Shown here in pieces: positions 45,832 to 55,446 of a DNA stretch of 64,000 nucleotides. The position numbers were made by a program, and so were the translations under genes. Positions within the stretch are counted from its first letter, which is position 1. Each line of letters opens with the position of its first letter. The stretch is taken from the NCBI GenBank assembly GCA_047150005.1, contig AP038806.1, positions 3,040,001-3,104,000 of the forward strand, read 5' to 3'. Under the pieces are notes generated by a model that saw nothing but the letters and a program-made list of their open reading frames with translations, made no database searches and was not told the origin of the DNA. This stretch comes from Nitrospira sp. (lineage in GTDB: Bacteria; Nitrospirota; Nitrospiria; Nitrospirales; Nitrospiraceae).

Positions 45832-47217
45832 TTAGCCTTCTTTTTCGCATAAGTCGATTTTCGCGTCCGCTTCCAACACAAAGCGGCCACGGCCTCGCGG
45901 GACCAGTCGCACGTCCGGGCATTTCTGCTCCAGGCGTCGACGAAGCAGAATCAGTCGGGTTTCGAGATTGTCCTTTATCTCGGGAAGTCCAAGCCAGGTG
46001 TCCATCCGCAGTTCCCGGTTTGTGAACTCAACGCGGCCCTCGTCTCGGTACTGCTTCAGCAAGCGCCAGAGAATTCTCGCTGGTACGTTGCGGATGAGGT
46101 AGTGACCGTCAACAAAGATGCAGTCGTCCTTCTGAAAGAAGCCGAAACGGCGGGTTCGAGCGGTCCGCGGTGTCGTGGCTGGCGGTGCTGTGCGAGTCCG
46201 ATCCACCGGGACATCCTCGTTGTCCCTGCTGAGCTGATCGATGGCGGCCGCAAGATGCGAGCCGACGGTCGTCAGCAGTGTGTTCTCGCGTACGAGGAAG
46301 GCGAGAGGATCCTTACTTTCAACAGCCAGGACACCGACCAAGCGGTCACGGGCCACCAGCGGCACCGCAATCTGACTAGCCGCGTCCGGCAGGCCCGGAA
46401 GAGGGATTTCACGCGCGATGGCCTCCGTCTGTCCCATGGCTTCGGCACGGCCGCGAATGGCTCGGGCGTAGCGAAGGCTATGATCCATGGCCGAGAGACA
46501 GAGCGTGCGCCGTGCACGCGCGACCATGCCGATCAGCCCTTCACCCATTCCAACTTCCGATCCGATCCCGTTCTCGAGGTATCCGTGGCTGGCAAGGGTC
46601 AAGAGCTTCTCGTTCGGCTCATCTGTGAGCAGAATCATCGAATAGAGGAATCCGAACTGCTCCTCAAGAAGCCGCAGGGAAGATTGGAGGACCTCGTCGA
46701 GGAGCTGTGCCTTGTTCAGGCGTTCGGCGATGAGTCGTAGCGATACCAGTCCCGAATCGACAAAGAGCCGTGACGAGCGTTCGGACGGTGATGGAACAGG
46801 CAACCGCGTGAAGCCCTCCAAGCATTCGACGCCGAGCACTTCGTATACGTCGGCTGCTTGAAGGCGAAACACCTCAGTCATTCCTGAGTAGGATGCCACT
46901 GCCTGGAGTTGCAGCGACATCGACTCAAACAACGGCCCGGTCGATTCCGAGTGATCGAAGCGGAGCCGAAAGCGATAGGCATGCAAGGTTCGCGGGTCGA
47001 GAACCACCGCGCAGGCGAGAGGATTCTCCCGGACGTTGCGACGGGTCTTGTTGAAGAATTGAAACGAGATTGCCACATGCTTCTCGTCGACGTAATGGAC
47101 CTGACTGACAAAGGTAATGTTCGGCGTGCCGTCGGCCGCGCAGGTGCTCAAGGCCGCAGGAACAATACCTTGAAAGCATGCCCACAGATCCTCGAGTCGC
47201 AGCGACGTGTGTTTCAT
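45832..47217 (-). CDS. PNPOx-like + GAF + winged-helix protein (putative sensor-regulator)
   Basis: N-terminal split barrel (QFFNKTRRN), central GAF (GEGLIG, VPL, GVL), C-terminal NLETRLILLRRRL..GRGRF. Confidence 0.8.
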   Translation of the reverse strand: MKHTSLRLEDLWACFQGIVPAALSTCAADGTPNITFVSQVHYVDEKHVAISFQFFNKTRRNVRENPLACAVVLDPRTLHAYRFRLRFDHSESTGPLFESMSLQLQAVASYSGMTEVFRLQAADVYEVLGVECLEGFTRLPVPSPSERSSRLFVDSGLVSLRLIAERLNKAQLLDEVLQSSLRLLEEQFGFLYSMILLTDEPNEKLLTLASHGYLENGIGSEVGMGEGLIGMVARARRTLCLSAMDHSLRYARAIRGRAEAMGQTEAIAREIPLPGLPDAASQIAVPLVARDRLVGVLAVESKDPLAFLVRENTLLTTVGSHLAAAIDQLSRDNEDVPVDRTRTAPPATTPRTARTRRFGFFQKDDCIFVDGHYLIRNVPARILWRLLKQYRDEGRVEFTNRELRMDTWLGLPEIKDNLETRLILLRRRLEQKCPDVRLVPRGRGRFVLEADAKIDLCEKEG

Positions 47218-47675
47218 TGCCCCATCTTCCGTCCCGCGCCGGGCCCGGGCGTTTGTTCGAAGACGTCGGTGACGGCAATTTCCACGGCGACTGTGGGTTC
47301 AATGATCCAGGCTTCACCCAACGTGGAGGGTACGCCGATGGCCTTCAGCTCGGCCATGAATTCCCTATGCCACTTTCGGCTCACATCGCGATGTGCCCGC
47401 TCCACCGGCTTGATCGTCCGCAGCCGGCCCTTGAGTTGGCAGGTGATGTGGTCGGTGGGACGAGTACAGGTGATCGCAATGAGACCGTTCGCCCGCAGGT
47501 TGTCGATGGTCTTGCCGGCGAACGTCTCGGAGAGAAAGATCGTGACGGTGCCACGGTCCGCCCGGATCTCGATCCCCCACGCGCGCGTGCATTCCGGCAT
47601 GAGCGACGCATCGCGAGTGCCGACCATGACCGAAACGCCTGTTTCGAGCAGTTCGACGATTGCTTGCGGAATCAT
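47214..47675 (-). CDS. Pyridoxamine 5'-phosphate oxidase-like split-barrel protein
   Basis: VGTRD, QLKGR, QTPGPGAG; ATGA overlap with the next gene. Confidence 0.8.
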   Translation of the reverse strand: MIPQAIVELLETGVSVMVGTRDASLMPECTRAWGIEIRADRGTVTIFLSETFAGKTIDNLRANGLIAITCTRPTDHITCQLKGRLRTIKPVERAHRDVSRKWHREFMAELKAIGVPSTLGEAWIIEPTVAVEIAVTDVFEQTPGPGAGRKMGQ

Positions 47676-47679
47676 GGTG

Positions 47680-47717
47680 TTAGGAAAGATTTAGGCGAAC
47701 CTTAGCATAGTTTTAGG
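47680..47717. promoter_or_regulatory. Four TTAG(G/C) direct repeats at 11-bp period (putative operator)
   Basis: TTAG at 47680, 47691, 47702 and 47713. Confidence 0.6.
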
Positions 47718-47802
47718 AACCGTGTCGCCGATCGCCGTGCTAGTGTCGCCCTCACAACGTATGCATGCGTTCCGATGGAGCGTCAAACAACAGGAGGGAC
47801 CA

Positions 47803-48654
47803 ATGCGATACACGATACACGGTTTTCTGGTGTGCATGTTGATTGCAATGGGGGCAACGCCGGCGTGGTCGGGCGACCGTCACAAGGCTTCGGAAGGGCG
47901 CGGCGTCGATGCCGCCGTGGTGTTTGTTGCCCATGACTACGGTTTTCGCGGGCCGGACCGGATTCCAGCCGGTCTCACGACTGTGCGGGTCGTGAATCAA
48001 GGTCAGGACCTTCACCACATCCAGTTCCTGAAGCTGCTGCAGGGCAGGTCAGCGGCTGATTTCCATGCTGCCGTCGCGGCCGACCCAAGCCGCCTGCCGG
48101 GTTGGGTGCGATATGCCGGTGGACCGAACGCCCACCTGCCGGGCAGCCTGGCATCCGCCACGATCAACCTGACCGAAGGCGACTACGTGATCATATGCTG
48201 GATCCCGGACAAGAATGGCGTCCCGCATGTCGCCCTGGGCATGCAAAAGGCCCTATCCGTGCGCGGAGCCACACCGATGAAGGTTTCACAGCCCAAACCC
48301 TCGGTGACTATCAAGCAGGTCGACTATCAGTTCATCTTCTCCAAGCGAGTGGAACCTGGTCTTCAGACAATCGAAGTCACGAACCACGGGACCCAGGCCC
48401 ATGAGCTTGTGGTGGTGAAGCTGCTGCCCGGTGCCACGGTCAAGGACGTGATCGCCTCGTTTGCGCCTGACGCCTCAGGTCCGCCTCCCGGCGAATTGGT
48501 GGGAGGGATTACCGCGGTCGAGAAGGGAGCGCGTGTTTCCTTTACTGGAGAATTCGAGCCGGGGAGGTACGGGCTTATCTGCTTTGTCCCTGATGCGGTC
48601 ACAGGACGGCCGCATTTCCTTCACGGCATGACGACCGAGTTCACTGTGGAGTGA
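47803..48654 (+). CDS. Secreted tandem cupredoxin-like protein with two putative type-1 Cu sites
   Basis: GGAG SD; two repeats of H...CxxPD....PH...GM. Confidence 0.75.
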   Translation: MRYTIHGFLVCMLIAMGATPAWSGDRHKASEGRGVDAAVVFVAHDYGFRGPDRIPAGLTTVRVVNQGQDLHHIQFLKLLQGRSAADFHAAVAADPSRLPGWVRYAGGPNAHLPGSLASATINLTEGDYVIICWIPDKNGVPHVALGMQKALSVRGATPMKVSQPKPSVTIKQVDYQFIFSKRVEPGLQTIEVTNHGTQAHELVVVKLLPGATVKDVIASFAPDASGPPPGELVGGITAVEKGARVSFTGEFEPGRYGLICFVPDAVTGRPHFLHGMTTEFTVE

Positions 48655-48700
48655 TGACGAACACGGATCCGCCTCCTGCAAGGGCAAGGGCAAGGGAAGG

Positions 48701-48743
48701 ACCAGAACGCCGGTCAGGTGGCACACCTGACCGGCGTTCTGGT
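48701..48743. repeat. Perfect 20-bp inverted repeat with a 3-nt loop
   Basis: ACCAGAACGCCGGTCAGGTG-GCA-CACCTGACCGGCGTTCTGGT. Confidence 0.85.
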
Positions 48744-48763
48744 TATCGCCCTACCCTGGTGGC

Positions 48764-48850
48764 TCATCGTTCCTTCCGCAGGCGTGCCGCGATTCGCGTA
48801 TCCGCCGAGGCCCAGCCGGCATCGAATGGATGGCCGAAACGGTCGATGTC
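48764..48850 (-). pseudogene. 3' remnant of an exodeoxyribonuclease III-like gene
   Basis: DIDRFGHPFDAGWASADTRIAARLRKER*; similar to 33580-33653 and 43927-43980 (DHAPLVI..). Confidence 0.6.
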
Positions 48851-48984
48851 GTGAGTCGGTCCGTCCTGCTTGGGCAGTCCCGTCAGCATTCTTCAGAATT
48901 TCGAAACGCCAAAGCTACGGGCATTTGCCTGTTTTCTGTTGTTTTCGTAAGCTGGAGTCACTTGTCTTAGGAAGGGAGGGCTCC

Positions 48985-49530
48985 ATGATAAAGACACTGA
49001 GTCTTCTAAGCTCTTGTTTCATCCTTGCAATCGCGGCTGGGCTTTCACAAGCCCAAGAGGCACCTCCCGCCTCGCCAGCTGCACCGGAAGCTGTCGCGAA
49101 AGCGACTCCCGCGGACGGCCATGTCATCCACGTCACGGCGCCGCACGTGATCGACGGAAAGGTACGGGGGCCATTCCATCACTATTGCAAGATCGTCTCT
49201 CCTGAGCCGTTCATTGAGTGCCTTCTCTACGAGACGGCAGACAACAACGCGAAACTCGTCGGTGTGGAGTACATTGTTGCCAAAACTGTGACTCGCGACG
49301 AGAAGGTCCTTCCCAAGAAGGCTTGGAAAAAGCACTGGCATGATCATTCCGTGGAGGGTGTCATAGGGAACGTCAAGGTGCTGGATATGCCTCCCGATAA
49401 GGCCAAGGAGTTCGCGGACACGGTTGCCAACACCGACGGGCTCATCTTTTCACTATGGCCCGAGGGTGCCAAATTGCCGACTGGGAAAGTCAGTATCGGC
49501 ACGATGGTTGGGCATGCCGTACACCAATGA
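48985..49530 (+). CDS. Secreted DUF1264/OBAP-like protein
   Basis: GGAGG SD; HHYCK, CLLY, LVGVEY, WHDH. Confidence 0.8.
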   Translation: MIKTLSLLSSCFILAIAAGLSQAQEAPPASPAAPEAVAKATPADGHVIHVTAPHVIDGKVRGPFHHYCKIVSPEPFIECLLYETADNNAKLVGVEYIVAKTVTRDEKVLPKKAWKKHWHDHSVEGVIGNVKVLDMPPDKAKEFADTVANTDGLIFSLWPEGAKLPTGKVSIGTMVGHAVHQ

Positions 49531-49716
49531 CATGGAGGAGGAAAGAAGGGGGACATTCTGGATGGTTTGAGGATTCGCCTCCCCGTTCTTTCCCTCACAT
49601 GTTCCTTTCAAGCGCCGGCAGGAACATGCGGTGGCTTTCTAAGGCGCCTTGACTGGGTGCCTATTATGGGCGCATGGCGTTGACGCACATGGCTCTCGTG
49701 ACGCGGAGGTATCACA

Positions 49717-49979
49717 ATGGCGAAATTGAATGTCTCCATCGATGATCGACTCGGGGACGAGTTGTTTCGGCTTGTTCCCCCTCGCCGAAGAAGCCAGAGT
49801 ATGCCCTCGACGTCTTGAAGCACATGAAGGAGGTGCCGGGGGTGACCTTTTATGACGCGGCGTATTATGGGCTGGCCTTGCGGACCAAAGGTCCATACCT
49901 GACCGCCGATGCGGCATATGTCCGGCGTGCGAAGCGGAAAGGTCACGTGAGTCTCTTGAGTGACTGGCAGGGGCCGTGA
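49717..49979 (+). pseudogene. Internally deleted antitoxin/PIN-toxin (VapBC-like) remnant
   Basis: GGAGG-ATG MAKLNVSIDD.. joined to ..VTFYDAAYYGLA..YLTAD.. PIN C-terminus. Confidence 0.65.
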
Positions 49980-50167
49980 AGCGTCCTACTCGTGGCCCCC
50001 ATCTCTTCACATAGTTTCGTGAGTACGCAAGATCGCGCAGTTCAGTCGTGCCGTAACTACTTCCGTATTCCGTTGAAGATTTGTACTTCCAAATCAGACT
50101 GTTAGAAGCAGTGGGCCTTCTTTGACAGGTTTCGATGCCGACCCTATACTGTTAACGAGCTACGAGC

Positions 50168-50521
50168 GTGAAACCTCATATGCGACGCCGTATGGTCTTC
50201 CTATCTTGGCTTGCCCTCGTCCTCTCCATCGGAGTCGCTGGTGACCTCATCGTGGACCTTGTCTTCGAAGAGGAGGCGATCGCTTCATTTGCTGACTCCA
50301 CCGCCTCTTCAGAAGAACCTGACAACGCGGCCGAGCATGTCCTCATCCCCACTCCCAGGTTACAAGGGTCGGAGAGTGTCCCCTCATCACCCTGTGACAA
50401 TGTTACTCTCCTGCTCAGCTCGGCCGCCATTCCGGCCGGTAGTTCGTCACAGTTCGTCGTCGGACACGACCGTCCGCCACGCAGTAGGCCCAACTCGTTT
50501 TTCACACCGCTCCGCATCTGA
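50168..50521 (+). CDS. Small TM protein, DUF2946/CruR-like leader candidate
   Basis: TTGACA-N17-TATACT at 50122; N-terminal TM; C-terminal DRPPRS..PLRI. Confidence 0.55.
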   Translation: MKPHMRRRMVFLSWLALVLSIGVAGDLIVDLVFEEEAIASFADSTASSEEPDNAAEHVLIPTPRLQGSESVPSSPCDNVTLLLSSAAIPAGSSSQFVVGHDRPPRSRPNSFFTPLRI

Positions 50522-50593
50522 TTCCTGTCCCGTGTCTCAATTCTCACCTCGTCGCCCATAGGGGCGAGTTATGCCATCACCGAGGGGGTTGCG

Positions 50594-51898
50594 ATGTGGA
50601 ATCAGATTCACAGGCGAATCAGGATTGTTGCGAGCACGTTGCCCAGGCAGAGCCTTGTGATTGGTGTCATCGTGCTGTGTTCTGCAGCGACGCTTCTGGC
50701 GCAATCACCCAACGAGACCGAAGAAAAGATTCGAATCGAACGCATTCGGGTTGAAGGGCTCCTCCATACGAAGGAAGAGACGATCGTCCGCCTGCTGCCG
50801 AGGCGGATTCCTGCCGAGTTCACTCAGGAGGAGATGAAAGAATTTGAACGGCGCATTCGAAATCTGAGTTTATTTGATCACGTAAGTGTGACCATAAGCG
50901 GCGGGGAAACGCTGATCTCCGTGCAGGAAAAACTCACGTTGGCGCCGATCTTCAACTTCACCAGCGGGAGCAGCCTGAAAGATCTCAATGCGACCGTAGG
51001 GCTGGTTGAATACAATCTGTTTGGCAACGCCACGCAGCTCGGCGGACAGTTCAATTACAGCCAGCGAGGGCCTAACGTCGATCTCTGGATCTCCGAACAT
51101 GCGTTTCGACCAGACCGCTGGGCGAAGGAGATCAAAGGGTCCTACAACGTAAACGGTATCCGTTTTGCCGATTCGACCGCCTCGTGGACACGCAATCGTT
51201 TCGGAGGTGAATTCGAACTCAAGGGTCCGTACACCTATGGCTCGCCCTTGCGATACGAAGTGGTATTAAAGGTCTATCACGAACAGATGCATGAATTTCA
51301 GGGATCCGGACTTGAACCTCCCGACGGAACCTATGTGGGGATCATTCCCGAATTCGCCTGGGACCGCTATCACTGGCACGACTTGGTTCCCTGGGGCTAT
51401 CGACTGATCTTGGAGCTAAAGCCCGGGTACTTCTTTGGCTCAAACCAGGCAAGGCTTGAAGGAGAGCTTCGGTACTTACAAGGCCTCCCGCTGGGTCCGA
51501 TGACGGTGTTCATGATCAACGGCGTGGCCGAAGCCGTGAACACCACCGGGAACCCCAATCACAGTCTCTTAATTGGCAGTATCACCGGGGTTCGAGGCCT
51601 GTCCGACAATCTGTATCGCACCCATGCCCAATCCTATCTCAATCTTGAACTGAGGCACGCGATCAGAATCGCCCCCCGGTGGGCAGTCCAGGGCGTGGTC
51701 TTTTCCGATCTGGGACTGTTTCAACCCTTCACAGAAGCAGGAGATCCAGAAAATTGGCGAGGAGCCGTGAATACGGGCGCCGGGTTTCGCATCATTCCGA
51801 CGTTTCTGTCCAGTACGCTGTTTCGCCTTGATTTTGCACAATTGTGGAGGCCACGCCCCAACAGTCTCGTTCAGATTGGTATCACCCAATATTTTTGA
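50594..51898 (+). CDS. POTRA + Omp85-like beta-barrel protein
   Basis: IERIRVEGLLHTKEETI POTRA; VRG motif; ends QYF. Confidence 0.75.
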   Translation: MWNQIHRRIRIVASTLPRQSLVIGVIVLCSAATLLAQSPNETEEKIRIERIRVEGLLHTKEETIVRLLPRRIPAEFTQEEMKEFERRIRNLSLFDHVSVTISGGETLISVQEKLTLAPIFNFTSGSSLKDLNATVGLVEYNLFGNATQLGGQFNYSQRGPNVDLWISEHAFRPDRWAKEIKGSYNVNGIRFADSTASWTRNRFGGEFELKGPYTYGSPLRYEVVLKVYHEQMHEFQGSGLEPPDGTYVGIIPEFAWDRYHWHDLVPWGYRLILELKPGYFFGSNQARLEGELRYLQGLPLGPMTVFMINGVAEAVNTTGNPNHSLLIGSITGVRGLSDNLYRTHAQSYLNLELRHAIRIAPRWAVQGVVFSDLGLFQPFTEAGDPENWRGAVNTGAGFRIIPTFLSSTLFRLDFAQLWRPRPNSLVQIGITQYF

Positions 51899-51899
51899 C

Positions 51900-52045
51900 C
51901 GAACAATCCGGCACAGATGGCGAGGCGGCGGCCTTTTATCGAGACGTCTTGGACCTTGGCCTGATCATGGACCACGGATGGTTCCAAACCTATGGGTCGG
52001 ACGAACAGATGACTGTTCAGGGGAGCTTTGGGTCTGAAGGAGGGC
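51900..52045 (+). pseudogene. Glyoxalase/VOC gene fragment
   Basis: AAAFYRDVLDLGLIMDHGWFQTYGS...SEGG. Confidence 0.6.
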
Positions 52046-52402
52046 CGGCGAGCGAGCCTTGGGGTGTACGGTAGCTACCTGGCGACAGACAAAGGGGATG
52101 GATTTGATTGATGGGAATTGATATAGATGTCAAGAGTCTTTTCATCTCGTCCATGCAGTACGACGTCGAAATGCTGAAGTCCGTGGAAGACCGCAAGTCG
52201 GAGGAATTTGTCCGCTATATCCAGAAAGAAAAAGACCGGTGTCGCATTTCTGCCTTCCCACCCATCTCGACCTTGCTCCGGCTGGTTCAAGCTGAAAAGG
52301 GGCAAGGCCTCCGCCATGATCACGGGATCACGGATCAGTACAACTCCAGCGTCACGTACGCCAGCATGGCGTTCTTCTAGACACCATACGGGCAGCTGAA
52401 GC

Positions 52403-53584
52403 GTGGCTATGGAGACATCGTCCGACGATCGTCAGGACATTTCGAGCGAACCTTCCGCCAAGGTGTCGCGTCAAACGGGCCGACGGATCTGGCTCAACCT
52501 GCATATGTTCATCGGGCTCTTCGTCGGCGCGATCTTCGTGATCATGGGGCTGACCGGAAGCAGTCTGGTCTTCCGCCGGAGCATTGATGTCTGGCTCCAT
52601 CCTCAGTTGTTGAATGTCCGCGTAACCGGCGCGCCGGCACCCGTTGAGACCGCTCTCTCGAACGTGAAGGCGATCTTACCCGCCGGGGCGCATCTCCATC
52701 ATTTAGAATTGCCTCTCAACGAGCAGGAGGTGATTCGTGCCGTGTATTGGCCCGCTGCTTCCGGCACGGCCATTGAAGTGTTGGTTGATCCGACAACCAG
52801 CTCCATACTCGGTCAGCGTGAACGCGACAATCACCTGACCGGCCTCCTGTACCATTTCCATCGCGAGCTGTTCGCCGGAAAGACCGGGGAAACGGTGATC
52901 GGAACCTTCGGAATCGTGCTGCTGATTTCCCTCACGTCGGGGATTTACCTGTGGTGGCCCCGTCGTGGCGGAGTGAGAACGTCTTTCACGTCTCGCCCGA
53001 ACGCAAGCATCCTTCAGCGGGCCTACGCTCGGCACAAAATTACCGGAGCCCTCGGCTGCATCCCGGTGTTTCTGATTGCCTGTTCCGGAATCTTTATGGA
53101 ATTCGAACGGGTCGGCAAGGCCCTGATCAATCGTGTATCGCCGCTGCTTCGTGATCAAGAAGTCGCGTCGAATGCAAACTCAGGTCTGCCGTCGATTTCG
53201 GCTGATGAGGCGATGATGATCGCGCGGCGTCACTTCCCGGCCTCGTCCGCGACGTACATTGAGGTGCCGGGCAGTCCGATCGGCGCCTATGTCGTCGGCC
53301 TGCGCCAGGCCGGGGAGGTGTTGAAAACCGGCGGTGCCAGTGCGCTCTGGATCGATCAGTATAGCGGCAAGGTCCTCGCCGTTCGTGATTGGGAAAACTT
53401 TTCGGCAGGCCAGACCTTCGTCACCTGGATGCTTCCTCTGCATGACGGCGAAGCGTTCGGGTTGCCCGGGCGAATCTTGGTGTTCACGGCCGGATTCGTC
53501 CCGCTCACTCTGTATGTGACCGCCCTGCGTATGTGGCAGTTGAAACGGCGTGCCCGTCGTCGTCAGCAGGGTATCTCGCTATGA
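52403..53584 (+). CDS. PepSY-associated TM helix protein
   Basis: LHMFIGL..GLTGS, LTSGIYLWWPR, HKITG, PLHDG. Confidence 0.88.
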   Translation: MAMETSSDDRQDISSEPSAKVSRQTGRRIWLNLHMFIGLFVGAIFVIMGLTGSSLVFRRSIDVWLHPQLLNVRVTGAPAPVETALSNVKAILPAGAHLHHLELPLNEQEVIRAVYWPAASGTAIEVLVDPTTSSILGQRERDNHLTGLLYHFHRELFAGKTGETVIGTFGIVLLISLTSGIYLWWPRRGGVRTSFTSRPNASILQRAYARHKITGALGCIPVFLIACSGIFMEFERVGKALINRVSPLLRDQEVASNANSGLPSISADEAMMIARRHFPASSATYIEVPGSPIGAYVVGLRQAGEVLKTGGASALWIDQYSGKVLAVRDWENFSAGQTFVTWMLPLHDGEAFGLPGRILVFTAGFVPLTLYVTALRMWQLKRRARRRQQGISL

Positions 53585-53615
53585 TCCACGACAAAGCGCG
53601 TTCTCAGGCGGGTAT

Positions 53616-55022
53616 TTAGGTGTCACCCAGAGACGGCTGATCTTGGTCGACGTTCGTGAAATCATCCGAGGCCGGCGTCCCCCCGGTCTGCGTGGTGACG
53701 CTCGTGGTGGTGAAGTTCACGGTCGACGAGTACGGACCAGGATTCCCTGCCGCATCCTGGGCGTTGACGCGAAGGTGATAGGTCGTGTTGGCGGTCAAAT
53801 CCGGCAGGGTGGTACTGAGTTGTGATTCGGTTGAGGTCGTCCATAACCCAAAGTCGGCGCAGCTAACCTCGGTACATATTTCGTAGCGGTAGGAAAAGAT
53901 ACCCACATTATCGATCGCACCGGCATGGGTCACGGTCGCCGAGGTGTTCGTGACTCCGGACACTTGTACCCCGATGACTCGAGATGGAGGGGTCGCATCA
54001 GCAGGCGGCGGCGCGCCATTCCACGGCACCGGGGCATTCACCACGTAGGGATCGAGCATGTAGTCGGTCGGCGTGTTCATGCTGGTGATGTTGTATGGCG
54101 TCGTCCAATTGACGATCCCGACAATGTCCGGCATGCTCGCTTTCAGCCCCGGCACAATCCATTTCGCATCCCGATGCTGGTAGGTGATCGGCGAGTCCAG
54201 GCGAAAGAAGCCGTACTCCCCGATGATCATCGGCTTGTGCTTCGGCTGCACGGTGGTGTAGCCGGCGATCGTGGGCAACGTCGTCGTGAGGCTCTGATAG
54301 CTGTCCAGTCCGGTCAGATCGACAGCGGCGTCACCAGGATAGCCATACAGATAGTTGCCGACCTCATCGGCAGGACAAAACAAATAGATCAGGTTATGGA
54401 CCCCTTTGGTCCGCATTCTGGCCTGGAACTGCTTCCACAGCTGGACGAATCGAGCCTGATCGGGCACCGAGTACCAGTTCCAATTCCCGTTCGCCTCCGG
54501 GAACAGCCTCGCAATGAAGACGACACCCTGCGACTGGTACTGCAGCACGTTGGCTGCAAAATCGTCCATCAGTTGGAGGTAACGCGGATCAACCATCAAC
54601 TGATCCAGCTCCGCATTGGTCAGTGGCGCATGGCCGTACCATCCGGCTTTCTCCGGCTCGTTGCCCAAGAAAATGGAGAGCTTGATGAGCCCGCCCGCGT
54701 TCCAATGATCCATGATCGCCTGCCGCGCCTGGGCATCGTTGTAACTGGTACTGATCGGCGCGTAGATGGCGGGACGCTTCCCCGTGGCGGCGATGGTATC
54801 GTTCAGGAGCGACCACATATAAGGGCCTGAGCCGACGACCATATCACGCCAAATCGTTTGCCCCGTCAAGACGTGCCCGGAAGTCTTGGACATGAGTGAA
54901 TAGAAATAGTCGAGCAGGCTCTTCGTGGCTGCTGTGGCATCGGGATCAGCAGTGACAGCCGATAAGCCCACACTGGGACACAGCAGCGCCATCACAAGTG
55001 TCACTAAACGTAGCCACGTCAT
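53616..55022 (-). CDS. Secreted GH26-like glycoside hydrolase + FN3, C-terminus apparently truncated
   Basis: GGAGG SD before ATG55022; RLFPEANG, GLDSY, KPMIIGEYG; FN3 domain. Confidence 0.75.
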   Translation of the reverse strand: MTWLRLVTLVMALLCPSVGLSAVTADPDATAATKSLLDYFYSLMSKTSGHVLTGQTIWRDMVVGSGPYMWSLLNDTIAATGKRPAIYAPISTSYNDAQARQAIMDHWNAGGLIKLSIFLGNEPEKAGWYGHAPLTNAELDQLMVDPRYLQLMDDFAANVLQYQSQGVVFIARLFPEANGNWNWYSVPDQARFVQLWKQFQARMRTKGVHNLIYLFCPADEVGNYLYGYPGDAAVDLTGLDSYQSLTTTLPTIAGYTTVQPKHKPMIIGEYGFFRLDSPITYQHRDAKWIVPGLKASMPDIVGIVNWTTPYNITSMNTPTDYMLDPYVVNAPVPWNGAPPPADATPPSRVIGVQVSGVTNTSATVTHAGAIDNVGIFSYRYEICTEVSCADFGLWTTSTESQLSTTLPDLTANTTYHLRVNAQDAAGNPGPYSSTVNFTTTSVTTQTGGTPASDDFTNVDQDQPSLGDT

Positions 55023-55204
55023 AAGCGATCCTCCATGAGCATCTGATTGAGGAAAGACGGTGTTCGCCGCGTTGTAGACGCAATCCAGCTTGCAAGCCTT
55101 GTTCCTTACGGTAGCGGAGGTCAGGGCCTGCCGCTGTTCGTGGGGGACTCCGCCATCACCCCCAACTACAACCCATGGGGGCAACTCTGTCAAACCAAAA
55201 CAGA

Positions 55205-55295
55205 AACGTCCTCTTTCACGAGCCAGGAGTTTGCCAGGTTCTTGAAAGACCAGAGGATTCAGAACTGCATGGAAGGGACGGGGAGGTGGCGCGCT
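55205..55295 (+). pseudogene. IS3-family transposase remnant
   Basis: FTSQEFARFLKDQRIQNCMEGTGRWR resembles FTS..F...L....I..SMDG.G.W. Confidence 0.55.
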
Positions 55296-55446
55296 ACATC
55301 ACCTTCTGCTACCAGGCTGTCGCACCAGGCACTGGATGGACGCACAGACGGGACACAGCCGCATAGGCTTTACATCGTCCAGCACCACTTGTGAATGGGC
55401 AAAGGCTGTCCAAACAAGCGGAACCACCTCTGGCCGCAGGTCGCAT

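Noticed and set aside
32900..50000. Integron cassette array (many unrelated co-oriented genes)
   Set aside because: No convincing attC sites and no intI; several genes have their own promoters.
52108..52380. 90-aa ORF between the VOC remnant and the PepSY gene
   Set aside because: No recognisable family; probably a fragment.
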